The translations under genes and the position numbers were made by a program. Shown piece by piece: positions 34,366 through 47,079 of a stretch of DNA of 64,000 nucleotides. Numbering within the stretch: position 1 is the stretch's first letter; every line of letters begins with the position of its first letter. The notes beneath the pieces were generated by a model that had not been told where the DNA came from, made no database searches, and was given only the letters and a program-made list of their open reading frames with translations. The stretch comes from Podospora anserina (lineage: Eukaryota): positions 1,736,001-1,800,000 of the forward strand of contig CM030332.1 in NCBI GenBank assembly GCA_017654855.1. Direction: 5' to 3'.

Positions 34366-36124
34366 TCAATTGTCGGCAAGTGCGATAAAATCAATCCAGG
34401 ATGTGTACCCGTGGGACACCTGGAAACGCCGTAAGTGATCTGAATACTCCTCAGGATGCAGACCTGAGTCCAGAAGATTTGATGTCAAGTAGACAGCGGT
34501 GTACTCTAGTAACGGGTATAGAGCAAGCGTCTTTTCCGGTTGTCGAGACTCTACCCACCGCCAAGTACACATGACTATCTTGAACAGTTGAGAAATCCCC
34601 GCGTGAAGCAATGATTGCGTCTTTGCCAATTAGATTCTTTCCGGATCGGAGGTTGCCAGATGGGGCAGAGAGAACGAGTAAGCGATCCGAAGTTCTTCGA
34701 GGGTGAGAGGTCTTGATGCGCCGACAATGAGAGCAAGAAGCCCTCGCTTGCGTTCCATCCCGACATATATGTTGTTTGGTCGTCCATGAAGTCTTGACAT
34801 GAGCAAGGAGAACAGCCGGGCGTATTTCTGGTCAAGCTCGTCGGGTGCTCTTTGTAAAATAGACTCAATCTCAGTAGGACAGAAGGCTGACCGTAACTCC
34901 TTGAAGATGCCTTTGATCCGTAGGAACATGACGGTTGATCCAGCCTCCAGGTCTGATCTGATGCTGTTGCGCACAGCATCGTCTTTGATGTCAATGCAAC
35001 TTTCCAGCCCAAAAGATATGAGCTTGGCCAAATCGCTCTGGAGCAAGTCCAGTGTCAGTTCGATATGAGGAGGCCATCTCTTCAGCACCCTCCGTAAACT
35101 TGACTGGCGACCAACAAGGAGACAGCGAAAGTGCTCGGTTTGTTCAAGTAACTCAGTCAAGCACCCCAAGGCATCGCTATTCGGGTCGTTCCGGTCATCA
35201 AGTGACTCGTCAATGCCGTCCAGAATGCAGAATATCGGATGTTGGCGCTGATTACAACGTTTTTTTTAATTTGGATGAGAAGCTCTTTGAAGCTCGTGAG
35301 GGCTTCGCGAGCCAAAAGGTGTGGTATCAGCGGAATCCGATCCACGGCTGGCAAACCCTTTAGCAGTTGGGACAAGATAGTGTGCATCATCGCATTAACT
35401 CGCCGGTCTTTCTCATTGCCTGCCCAAAAGGAAAAGAATAGGGTATCCTTCCCCTGTTTTTGAAGCCCCTCGGCCACGGAACTAGCGAGAACAGACTTTC
35501 CGCTACCCTTGGCGCCGTGGATGATGAGAGTTTTCCCTTCGCTGTCCAGAGGGGCATTGGTTGACTGAGCATCGCTTCTCGGATCCAACCACCGAGAAAA
35601 TGCCGGGTGCGCCCATATCCATTCGAGTGTACCGGGTAACCTGTCAGGAATGAAATGAGTGTCGGAGGGCCTGAGGAGCTTCTGAAGCTGGGTTTGCTGT
35701 AAGAACTGTGTTTGGCGCTCCAAAAGGCAGGCCTGCAAGGAGGCCTGGAGGCTGTGGAGGCGTTTGGCCTGTTCTTGAAAGTCTTTCTCAAATCTCTTAA
35801 GAATAAGGAGTGCCCTCTTCATTATTCCAGGCCCTCCATTTTTGCCATTGACCTCGCCCAGAAAGCGGGCCAAACTGGAGACTTCGTCTTTAGCTTCTCG
35901 AAGCAGTCGCTCGATTTCCGCATCATCGGTCAAATTCGCCGGATCAGCTTTGACTCTTTGGAAGACGCCTTCGAGTGTCTTGTCGAGGAGATTCAGTTCC
36001 GATTGAACTCCGCGGGCGACTAATGCGGTGCGGGTTTTGCTATGAGCTTGGTGGTCTCAGTTGCAACCTGCCGTACCATCTTGATCAGTGCTGGTATTGT
36101 ACCAACAACTCCGACGATTTCCAT
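34366..36124 (-). pseudogene. Degraded NACHT-type NLR (HeLo-like N-terminus, NACHT, winged helix) with at least three frameshifts and no recognisable C-terminal repeats
   Basis: MEIVGVVGTIPALIKMV (ATG 36124), then a frameshift into RLPGTLEWIW..FSRWL and the P-loop IHGAKGSGKSVLAS. Walker B PIFCILDGIDES sits in a shifted frame after an A8 run (35260-35267). Next come GSTVMFL, PDELDQKYARL and ASRPLTLEELRIA, with a further shift near 34635. Confidence 0.85.
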
Positions 36125-37472
36125 GATTCTAGGTACTGTAAAGAGTTACCGAGGCAAAGAAGGCCCGAAGTGCTGATTATCTAGAGAAAGAGTTCCGTGA
36201 AGAATGATTGAGGGCAAGGGCTTCTTGATGGTGTCAATTCACAGTAAGTTGGGCATCGTTTTCTATCAGACCGCAGAGATTGAGGGGGCGGTGCTTTTCT
36301 CCAGTCATTTTTGTGGGCGAACCTGAGCAGAAACAGAGCACAGGTTGTTTGCCTAGGATGCCCCAGGGAGGGAGAAATGTTTGTTGATATTCGCCAATCA
36401 TCGTGCTCTTTGAGCATGTCGGCACTCCGACAATGTGCATTTTCCTGTATCATTTTCCATTCAACAAGCTCGAGGCTCCAATAATGCGTTGCACAACTTG
36501 GAGTCTTACGATAAGGCAACTTCCAAGGTGCAGAAAATGACTGACCGAGGTGTGCTAGGCAGGTAGTTCTGATGCAAACTGAGGCTGATGTTGGTGTAGG
36601 TTTCCTGAGACATGGTGACATGGATCCCAGGACTAGAACAGGCCCACCTCTGCGGGAACCGTTGATGAGCGACGGTCCCTGAAACGCACAGATGGGTTCA
36701 ACGTCCAATTCCACTTTGATTGAGTCTGCACGATATCGCTTATATCCAAACTTCGCTAGATACTAGCACTTCCACCATATTGTCTCATATTCGTGTTGAT
36801 AAGATGCGATTTCTTTCCCCGGATCTTGTGTGGGTGCTGTCGAGGATGCCAAGACACGTGCCGCACATCATGAAAGGTAGCAATTAACGGCATGTTGGCG
36901 CTTCAGTAATGAATAGTGATAGTGCTGACACAAGTTCCAGGCAGTCTGAAAAGGGGCTGAAATACGAATAAAAAAAATAACCGTTCGTGTGCTAAATCCC
37001 GCTGGTCACGGCGGCTGATGGACAAGAGGTCACCAAGACTTTTTACCAAGATTTTTGCGATAGACGGCATCGCGAATCCGTCTTGTCGCTCTTGGGTCAA
37101 GCCATGGCATCAGGAACAAGGCAGATGTCCAATTTCTGCATCCCCCAAAAATACCCCAGAAGGTGCCCACTTTCCAGCATGGCTCCACCATGATTTCCCA
37201 CTAAATGGACATTCAGCCAGCATCACCCTTGTCAATATAGTCCCAATTCGAACCCTTGACATGTGGGGAGGTTCCCTCCCAGGCACAAGGGACCACGACC
37301 CGAAAGTACATAAGGAAGACATGAAACACTTCCAACGGGTGCTCTTCTTTTATCCATTTCTTCTTGCCAAGTCGTCATTCAGCCCTAAACACCAAACGTT
37401 GCTCTTTCGCAACAGTCCATTCTTTTAGCAGTAAAAACAACCGCCGCGCTCACGGCGACTACAACAATCAAT

Positions 37473-38184
37473 ATGCGCGTCCTCTCCCTCTTTTCGCTCG
37501 CCGCTGCGGCCCTCCCCCTGGCCTCGGCCATCCAGTTCACCTCGCCCGCCGGCAACTCGACCTTGAGCAAGGGCAACTCGTACAAGGTCAAATGGGATTC
37601 CGTCGACACGGATCCTTCCACTTTCAGCATTTACCTCGTCAACTTTGTCAACTGGCCCCCCTTTTACACCCAACTCGCCGGCGGTGTTTCCACCGAGTCT
37701 GGCGAGTATGAGGTGACCGTTCCCTGCCTTGTTGACGCCTCCTGGGGCTACCAATTGTGAGTATTTGTGTGTCTGGACGTGCTTTGAGCGCAAAGCTAAA
37801 CATCTTTGCAGCAATGCCATCAACGGCACCAACGTCTATGTCATCCACGCTCAGACCCCCAAGTTCTACGTTGGCGAGGGTTCCTGCGATGAGCCCGAGG
37901 AGGAGGTCCCCATTCCCGTGATCACCGACTCCCTCCAGCAGACCACCTGCGAGGCCTACACCGTGACCGCCACCCCCGAGCCCACCTGCGATAACTCCGT
38001 CTCTACTGTCACTGCCACCGTCACTGCCACTGTCACCGTCGGTAAGGATGCCCCCGCGGCCCCTGCCACCACCGCTCCTGCCACCCTTCAATACACCCCC
38101 GGCTTCCAGTCGGCTGTCAAGGTCTACTCGACCGTTTATGTTGACCTCTCTGAGGTCATTGACTCTGGCGAGTGCGTGTGCTAA
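37473..38184 (+). CDS. Secreted Kre9/KNH-N-terminal-like (Ser/Thr-rich cell-wall) protein; intron 37757-37811
   Basis: Signal peptide, then IQFTSP..KVKWDSVDTDPSTFSIYLVNF..YQFNAINGTNVYVIHAQTPKF and a Thr/Val-rich tail. Confidence 0.8.
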
Positions 38185-39134
38185 TTTTGTACACATAAGA
38201 ATTCTAAGTTTCGATTGATGGAAAGGGGCATGTTGTTGTTCAGCGAAAGATACCCGTCTTTGTTTAATGATAATCCTGTGCCATCGAATGCCAATTTCAT
38301 CAAGTCAATGGTTCCGTGGAGCGCATCATTTGTCGATGTTTGATGTCTCCTGGATCACCATGGCAACAGCTTTCAGTTCGTCTTTGCAGTTAGTGGTGTG
38401 AGCAATTCGGGTTTTGGGTGATGTTTGGTACGCGTTGGGTGGCTCTAAGCTACCCAGAGGACGGTTAGTCTAAATACTAGTGCAGCTTCAATTCGTTTGA
38501 TAGATGTTGCCTTCTCATGGAGCAAAGTCCCGGGTGTCCAAAGACGAAAACTTGAGACATGCCCATATCTCGTGTCACATCAGACGCCGGTCTTCCCATA
38601 AACTTCGCGCCCGAGGCTCCAGCTGTTACACAGCATCGTTAAGCTCAGCAGCCAAAGCGATACCTGCAGACCAATATTGTAACGACGGCGCCATGACACA
38701 GACCCGACTGGCTGGAACTAGGCGAGACAGATCAGCATTACCAACAGGCCGGACGCAACCCGCTAGGAGATCGTCGGACGTCCGGCAGTTGAAGTGAGTC
38801 TAGACTTTATCGACATAGTGTAAAAAGCATTGTGAGCCGTTGAAGGTATATAACTGCCATCTTGGCGCCGGATATCATGTATTCTCATCCCATGCTCACG
38901 ACCAGCCATTTTTGTACCCCTCAACCTTCTGCCTTCGTTGTCCTACATATATATTTTATCCGATCTCCTCATACATAACAAACACCCACCCAACTGGCAG
39001 CTGCCAGGACAACAATGTCATTCTACGCCTTCACACCCTTCTCCTCCGCCATCTTCCCCAACAGCGCAAATATATCCTTCCACACCCTCCCCAAACCCAC
39101 CTCTACCCGAACCCAACCCGCACCCCGTAGAACC

Positions 39135-40827
39135 ATGTCAACCCCCCGTAAACAACACACATTCACAACCCTCTACTCCCTCTACGCCACCTCAGGCACA
39201 GTAACAATCCACTCCTCTTCCTCAGACTCTCCAATCCTAGTCCCCACCCCTTCTCCCCTTGACCCAAATGACCCCTTATCCTGGCCCCCCCAAAAGAAAC
39301 GCACCGCCTTCCTCTCCATCTGCACCTTCACCTTCCTCACAAACTTTGGCATCGGCGGCCTAACCTCCGCCTTTTACCTCATCTCCCTCGAGTTCGAAAA
39401 GTCCCTCCCGGAAACATCCGCCCTCCTCCTCTGGCCTATCCTCGTCTTGGGCCTCTTCAACTTTTTTTGGGTCCCCCTGGCTAATTACTTTGGTAAACGC
39501 CCCGTGTTTGTGCTAAGTTGTGGGTTACTTTTCGCGAGTTACATCTGGGGGGCTTTGGCGAAGAGTTTTGAGAGTTTGCTATGGAGTAATATCGTTGCTG
39601 CTTTTGCGGGGAGCTCGACCGAGGCGTTGGGGGCGGCGATGGTGAATGATTTGTTTTTCGTCCATGAGCGCGGGGGGAAGATGGGGGTTTATATGAATTT
39701 TATTAGTGGGGGGAATACGGTTGGCCCGTTGGTTTGTGGGTTTGTTGTTACTGTGAGTGTTTTTCTTGATCAAAGGGGGGTTGTTCAAGAGCTGACTGTG
39801 ATGTAATTAGGGGTTGAGTTGGAGGTGGCACAAATGGATTGCTGCTATGCTGACTGGGATTAACTTTGTGACTGTGGTGTTGATGGTGCCTGAGACGAGA
39901 TATCACAGGGTTGAAGTGACCGGAGAGGGGGGCCAGCAAGTGTCGGAGAGCGAAGATAACGGGCAGGAGAAGGGCAAGGTGAGAGGTGACGGTGAACAGG
40001 GACAGCAGAGGGAGGGAATAGTCGCGGTTCCGAAGAAGAGCTGGGTTCAAGAGTTGAGTTTGTGGTCTGGGACGCCAAAGGGCGACACGAGCTTGTGGAA
40101 GATGTTCCTGAGGCCGCTGCCAATGTTTGCGTATCCGTGTGTTATTTACTCGTTCCTCGGGTACGCAGTGTCATTGGTGTTGACGGTGGCTGTCAATATT
40201 CTCAACTCGTTTGTGCTCCAGGCGCCGCCATACTCGTGGTCACCAACGGTCAACGGGCTGATCAATATTCCCGGGTTCATCGGGAATCTCCTTGGCAGCT
40301 TTGCGGGCGGTTGGCTTGTCGATGAGTTTTGCGACTGGAGAAGCAGGAAGAACAATGGGGTGTTTGAACCGGAGAATAGGTTGTATCTCTGCATACTTCC
40401 GCTGCTGATTACCGGAGCCGGTTGCGTCTTGTTCGGGTATGGAGTCGAGAGAACACTCCATTGGACCTCATTATTCTTCGGCTACGGAATGGTGTCATTT
40501 GCGCTCACAGCAGTCCCCACGATTACGATGGCATATGTGTCAGATTGTCTACTGCCAGTTAACTCGGATGCTTTGATGCTTGTCAACGGTACGTCTCTCA
40601 CTTGCATTCGGATGAAAGAGGCTAACCATGGTATAGGGAGCAAAAATATTGTTGCTTTTGGATTTCTTTACGGAATCGTGCCATGGGTTGAAGAGGTTGG
40701 CTATGTCGAATGCTTTGGAACTCAAGCAGGAATCTATGTTGCTATTATTGCAATAGGAATGGCGGTTTTAATCCCATTTGGCGTTAGAATCAGACATGCC
40801 CAGGCAAAATGGAAGATTATCTTGTAA
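39135..40827 (+). CDS. MFS transporter (Hol1/DHA1-like); introns 39753-39810 and 40589-40636; start could instead be 39015
   Basis: PTPSPLDPNDPLSWP, YFGKRPVF, VNDLFFVHERG, GPLVCG..GLSWRW, VPETRY, FEPENRL and about 12 hydrophobic segments. Confidence 0.9.
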
Positions 40828-41466
40828 TTTATGACCGGAAGGACGATGTTAGGTATTTCGAGGGAATGAAGCAGTCCTTAAGGTTCAAAGATATTTATCA
40901 ACCAGTCAGTAATTTTAACATGATAGTACTTATGTGTCATTAGATAAAAAGAATTCAGGGTGTAGGTGGTGATGGTTTGGATCGACCGTCATGTTCGTGA
41001 TGTTTCCCTGGTGTTGAGTTGGTGGACCACCCCCACCCTTGCAAGGCTGCATGTGAAAAGACAGACTGATAAGAGGATACCCACTCTTCCCGGCGAGTGG
41101 ATTCACTGATAAGCGTGATCATCCACACGCGATTGGTCAGACACTTGACAAGGCTGCATGGCGGGGCAACTTTTTGCGGTTTCTCGTCGCCAACCACTTT
41201 CGCAACAGAGCTCCGGCTGCCCACGCCATCACTGAATCACTATTTTGGAAGCAAAACTAGCAACGAGCCTCGAAGACCTCCCCATATCACTCGATTTATT
41301 TGTCATTGATTCGAGATCGAGACACAAACAGTCACCAATAGTTTGTTACCAATATCTCAACATCGCCTGTTTGAACAAGGTCCGCAAAAGCCATCTCTTC
41401 ATTCCACGCGACCACCACCACTGAACCCTGATTGAGCGCGCCCGTCTGCCGCATCCTCCCGCCTCA

Positions 41467-42745
41467 ATGGCGGCGCCAAATTCCGAGGCCGACCAGGCCA
41501 AGCTCCAGATCTTCAAAGATGAGCTGTACGATACTATCAGGGAACATGGCAGTGAAACCCGTGTCTTCAGCCAGGCCGACCTCAAGGGTTTGGGCGTCAT
41601 CCCCAACAACGACGTCAGGATACTTGTCGATGTCATTCAGATGCTCACCAATGAAAAGCTCCTCATTGGTGTTCATTTACCGGGTGGAGAACTGGGTTGG
41701 AAATGGCGAAGCAGAGAGGATGCCAAGAAGTACGTTTCCTTCTCTCAGATCTTCTCACTAGCCCACCCTGAATGCTAACTGCTCCTCGTTCTCCAGGTAT
41801 ACCTCCCTTCCAGACGAACCGACCAGGCTCGTATACGGCGAAATCGACCAAGCCGGCCAAGACGGTGTCTGGATCCGCCACATCAAGCTCCGAATCAACA
41901 TCCAAGATGCCACCCTCAAGGCCTGCATCAAGTTCCTCGAGTCCAAAGGGTTCATCTCGTCCATGACCAACGTCGAGATGCCCAACCGGAAGATGTACAT
42001 TAGAGCCGACCTCAAACCCTCCGAGCGCGCAACCGGCGGTCCTTGGTTCACAGACGGTGAGCTAGACGAAGCCTTTATTAAAGTCATCGAAGGTATCATT
42101 TTCGAGTACATCAAGACCCGCAGCGCATACTTTTCCAGGGGAACGGTCCTCCCTCAAAGACAACCAAAGAAGGGCGTAGTTACCGGGGATGCCAGAGGTG
42201 TCAAGAGAACAGCGACTGACATCTCCAACGACGACGCGACACCCGCCCCTGCTCCAGCAACAAAGGCTGCCCCTCCACCGCCAAAGGGCAAGCCAATGTA
42301 CCTCCCCATGCCGGCCGGGTATAAGAAATACCCTACCGTCAACGATATCACAGAGTTTATCCACAACCAAAAGGTCAGCACTGCTATGCTCGGTGTTGCG
42401 GACATCCAGGCGTTGGTCGACGTGCTGGTATTTGACGGCCTGATTGAGCCGATCCAAGTCCACAATCGTAAGGGGTACAGGGTGGTGCGGCCAACAAAGC
42501 AGGACACGGTGTCGTATGCTAAGCGGCAGCAGGACCGAGAATCGCATCCAGAATTGGGGGATATCGTGTTAGGCCCTCCGCCGCTGAGCAGCGCAGTGAC
42601 TGAGGCACCGTGCGGTAAATGCCCGGTGTTTGAACTGTGCCAGGAGGGTGGACCGGTTGCGCCGAGCACGTGTGTTTACTTTCAGGAGTGGTTGGGCTTG
42701 AAAGAGCCTGCTGTTGCTACTGCCAACGAAACGGCTCCACTATGA
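41467..42745 (+). CDS. RPC34: RNA polymerase III subunit C34; intron 41730-41796
   Basis: Winged-helix region (VYGEIDQAGQDGVWIRHIK), NRKMYIRADLKPSERATGGPWFTDGELD and the C-terminal Fe-S-type Cys motif EAPCGKCPVFELCQEGGPVAPSTCVYFQEWL. Confidence 0.95.
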
Positions 42746-43122
42746 GGTCAGCTATGCATGGGCAAACTAATTCTGGTAAATATTTTTTTTAAGCATGGAG
42801 TTAGTGTAGTTTAGTAATCGGGTACTGAGTTGTAAATATAACTGATCCGCCTGGCGGAAGAGCGCGACTTTGTCATCTCACGATTCTTGGCAATTCCGTT
42901 GTCAGGGGGCGGAAGCATTGTTTACCATCTACTTCATTCAAACATAGTCCCAAATGTTGGTCACGACCTGGCAGCAAGATAATTCATGGATGAAACAATG
43001 TGAAGGCCAATGAAGTGGTGCTTTTATATTCCCCAACCTCCTAGAGGTCCACAAGACAATATGCTAACCATATCACTGAACCACCCTCCTTCGTTCCGAA
43101 ATCAACCATCAATTTAGTTGAT

Positions 43123-44061
43123 TTAGTTGATCTCACCGGAGTCCTCAATGGTGGGCTTCTTGAGACCAGGCTTGATGGCACCGGAGCCGGAGCCGGTAGC
43201 CTCAAGGAGCTTGACGACGTGCATGGAGTCATCATCGGCAACCTCGCCGAAGACGACGTGGCGGCCATCGAGCCAAGAGGTCTTCACGGTGGTGATGAAG
43301 AACTGGGAGCCGTTGCTGTGAGGGTTCAGGTCAGCTTTGTGATCAATTGAACGGGGAAATTCCGGACAGATTAATAACTCACGTGTTGGGGCCGGCGTTG
43401 GCCATGGAGAGGAGACCAGGGCGGGTGTGCTTGATCTGGAAGTTCTCGTCGGCAAACTTCTCGCCGTAGATGGACTTGCCACCGGTACCGTTGCCACGGG
43501 TGAAGTCACCACCCTGGAGCATGAAGTCGGGGATGATGCGGTGGAAGGAAGAGCCCTTGTAGCCGAAGCCGTTCTGGCCAGTGCAGAGCTCACGGAAGTT
43601 ACGGGTGGTGATGGGGACAACATCGTCGTAGAGGTTGAACTTGATAGTACCCTCCTGCTCTACGCGATTGTCAGTATCATGGGATTGCCAGGCGTTGAAC
43701 AACGTCAATGGAATAGATGGAAGGATGGCTACATACCGGCGATCTCGTTGTTGGGGCGGCCCTGGCTATCGAAGCCGGTGGGACCAGACCAAGAGACCTT
43801 GAAGAAGCTATTGTAGGACCGTTAGCAAAGCTTCCACAAGCTGATGGTGGGGCATTGTCTCTGTTGACCCTGGAAGACAGCGACTTACACTTGAGGGGCC
43901 ATGTTGATTGATGAGACTGAGAAAGCTCTAACGGAGTTTCTGATGTTGGATTGGATAGAGGACGAAAAGGTGGAAGAGAATGGAGCAGTGGGAAGTTGGT
44001 GAAAGAGGGAGGAAGGTCGAGGAAGAGCAGAGCAACCGCGGGGTAGGAGGGGTCGAAACAT
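43123..44061 (-). CDS. Cyclophilin-type PPIase with two in-frame ATGs: 44061 (adds a 53-aa mitochondrial presequence) and 43902 (short form); introns 43808-43888, 43660-43736, 43316-43382
   Basis: Core [78 protein letters not shown]. Upstream in-frame [18 protein letters not shown]...[14 protein letters not shown] has no acidic residues. Confidence 0.95.
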
Positions 44062-45412
44062 TTTCCGGGCTGGCGAGAAACTGGGTTAGTGCTCCACATG
44101 GACCAATAAAAAAGCTATCCCTGAACAGGTACGTATACTTCACGTGAGAAAGGAGGGGCCTGTTGTGGTATTGTCCAACCATGGCGGGGGTCATGCTTTG
44201 CCGCCCCTCACCGTCTGGTTGCTCAGCATCTAGTACAGTACGCCCCCAGCAACGCTGGCGTGGGGCATGGTTTGAGGCGAACAAGATGACGGTGAACGTT
44301 CAGGACGAAGCCAACTCTGTATGTAGCCATGGCCTTTTTGTAGCAAGAGGAGGAAGAGTTGAGACGATGAGGGCAGTGACAGAGAGACACGGGGGAGACA
44401 ATTCTTGTCTTCAAGCAGCCGCTTGGCTGCCGGGAAGGGGACACTGAACAACGAGACTGGACATCCCACTTCTTTGCTGACCCCCTCATGCCCATCCTCC
44501 CTCCCTCTGATCCGTGGCGATCGCGAATTGCCCCAGCCTGCAGAGGAGGGGGAACCAGATGCGGGCCGAGCTGCACGCCAATTGGCGCAGCACGTTGTTT
44601 GTCCCACGGACTGGAATCGAAGTTGGCTCAGCCCATCTCCACTGGCAGCAGTGAGAGCATCACTGCCGGCTGACATGGTGCCATCTTCTTTTTTCGAGGA
44701 AGTGGGATGTCGGAAACAACAAGTGAAGCCAACAACCTAAGACTGGGAAACATGGAAAGCAGGTGCAATCATCACCCAAACACCTTGTGTTTGCTTCCCC
44801 CCTTTGAGCATGGTAACCCGTCCAGGGGCTAGCTCCCAACCTCACCAGGTTGAGGAAGCTGTATCCTTGAGCTCCCAGCCGAGCTCCAAATAGTAGGCGG
44901 GAATGACTGACTGAAAAAAGGAAAGAGAGGCACGCACCTTCCGAGTGGAACTTTACTTATAATACAGAAAGAGAAGAATAATACACAGCTGAGAGCTGGA
45001 CGAATTGAAGCACGACGGTGACGGAATGGACAAGTTCGATGATGATGGAAAGCACTCCAAAATTTCTCTCTCTTGAGCTCTCCCACTGGCGCAAACTCTC
45101 TGAAGCTTTTCCGAGCACAGACCCACCTGGGCAGGTCCATTTGATGCCTTGATGCCTCAGGCTGCAATGGCTATTCAGACCCACTTTCAGCAGTGCCGCG
45201 CCCAGACCCCAGAGCCCAAAGTGTCTTGGCTGCGGCGGTTGGGAAACCGCAAGGTGTCCGTCCTCTTAACTCCACAATATCGGTTCAACATCGAATGCGA
45301 CAGCAGCAGGTCGACTCCCAAGTCCGCCGACACAAGCAAAGCTACAGCATTGCCTTGTCGCTCTGATACTCAACAATTTCACGCTGGATAATCGTCAGGA
45401 TTCTTCTTCACA

Positions 45413-47079
45413 ATGGATTTGAACAGTCTCCGGCAGACCGTCACCAACCTGACACTTTACGATGTCAAGGCCGGTGTGCGCAAGGTCCAGAATGGTAGGC
45501 TTGATGCGCCCGACTCCAGGTCTTCCCACATGTGCTAAACCATGCTTCCGTGTACAGCCGTCATGAACTTCACCGAGATGGAGGCCAAGGTGCGCGAGGC
45601 CACAAATAACGAACCTTGGGGCGCATCCTCGACTCAGATGCAGGAGATTGCGGATGGCACTTTCAACTAGTACGTGGTGTTACCGGCCACACATACCAAG
45701 ACACAGTCTAACCACCATTCTCTTCCAGCCAAACCCTGAACGAGATTATGCCCATGATCTATCGCCGCTTTACCGAAAAGTCCGCCGAAGAGTGGCGCCA
45801 GATCTACAAGGCCCTCCAACTTCTCGAGTACCTGATCAAGCACGGCTCCGAACGCGTTATCGACGATGCTCGCTCCCACATTACTCTGCTCAAAATGCTT
45901 CGCCAGTTTCACTTCATTGACCAAAACGGCAAAGACCAGGGTGTTAACGTTCGCCATCGCGCCAAGGAACTTGCTGAGCTTCTTGGGGATGTTGACAGGA
46001 TCCGGTCGGAGCGCAAGAAGGCACGTGCGATCAAGGGCAAGTTTGTAGGCATGCAAGGTGGCTCTGGAATGGGAAGCAGCAGTCGATATGGTGGCTTTGG
46101 GAGCAACTCGGACGGGTACAGTGGGGGCGGCGGTGGTGGCAGCAGCTCGACTTATGGTGGTGATGCTGGAGGTGTGTACGGGGACGGTGGAGGCTTCGGC
46201 GGACAACAAAGCAGCGATTTTGGTCGAACACAAGCACGCGGGGAACAGTTTGAGGAGTACGACGAGTTTGATGGGGATGAACGGCCAGCTGGTGGTGCTT
46301 CGTCTTCAAGCGCCCCAAGGGTGAAGCGAGACACATCCGAAAGAGCCGGTGTTAAGAAGACCACTGAACCGGCGAAGAAGAAGGCCCCTGAGGTCGATCT
46401 GTTTTCGTTCGACGAGCCCGCGACAACCTCTACCCCTCCCCTGACTGATGCCCCGGCTGCTTCGAGCGCTGCACTCACCAATGATGACGACGACGACTTC
46501 GACGATTTCCAATCGGCAGCGCCGGCTGTTGCTGCTGCCCCTGCGACCCAGTTCGCCGCTCCCCAGCCTGTCTCTGCCCCCCAACAAGCCAACCTGAGCG
46601 GCATGGTCGCCATGTCGTCTATCTCTCCGCCGCCAAGCTCAACCGCCACGCCCTCCGGCAACTTTTCGGCCTTCTCAACGCCTTTGTCTGCGACTACTCT
46701 CTCTCCTGCTGCGAAGCCAGCAGGGTTCCAAGCCTCTACACCAAACTACTTTTCTTCGGTTCAGGCGGCATCTCCAGCAGCACCTGTGGCAAAGCCTGCT
46801 GCTGCCCCTGCCTCCTTCGGCGGGCTGAAGCCAGTCACCAGTGGTTCCAAGCCAGCAGCACCCGCAGCTGGAGGTGACGCTTTCGGTTCTCTCTGGTCTC
46901 AAGCCAGTGTAGGCCTCAAGAAGAGTACCCCCACTGGGCCTGGGCCGACAATTGGACAGCTCGCGAAGGAGAAGAGCAGTGCTGGCATCTGGGGTGCGGC
47001 CAGCTCTTCTTCTCCCGCTGCTGCTAAGCCTGCGGGTAGCAAGCCGCTTGGCAATGGTCTTGATGATTTGCTGGGCTGA
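45413..47079 (+). CDS. ENT3: Epsin-related ENTH-domain clathrin adaptor (Ent3/EpsinR-like); introns 45495-45557, 45670-45728
   Basis: LYDVKAGVRKVQN|AVMNFTEMEAKVREATNNEPWGAS, EEWRQIYKALQLLEYLIKHGSERV, DQGVNVR; adaptor/clathrin-type motifs DLFSF, DDFDDFQSA, DAFGSLW and LDDLLG*. Confidence 0.93.

Noticed and set aside
35255-35270. A_AAA_AAC slippery heptamer in phase for a -1 programmed frameshift that would restore Walker B of the NACHT gene
   Set aside because: The gene has at least two other frameshifts and lacks its C-terminus, so homopolymer slippage during decay is simpler.
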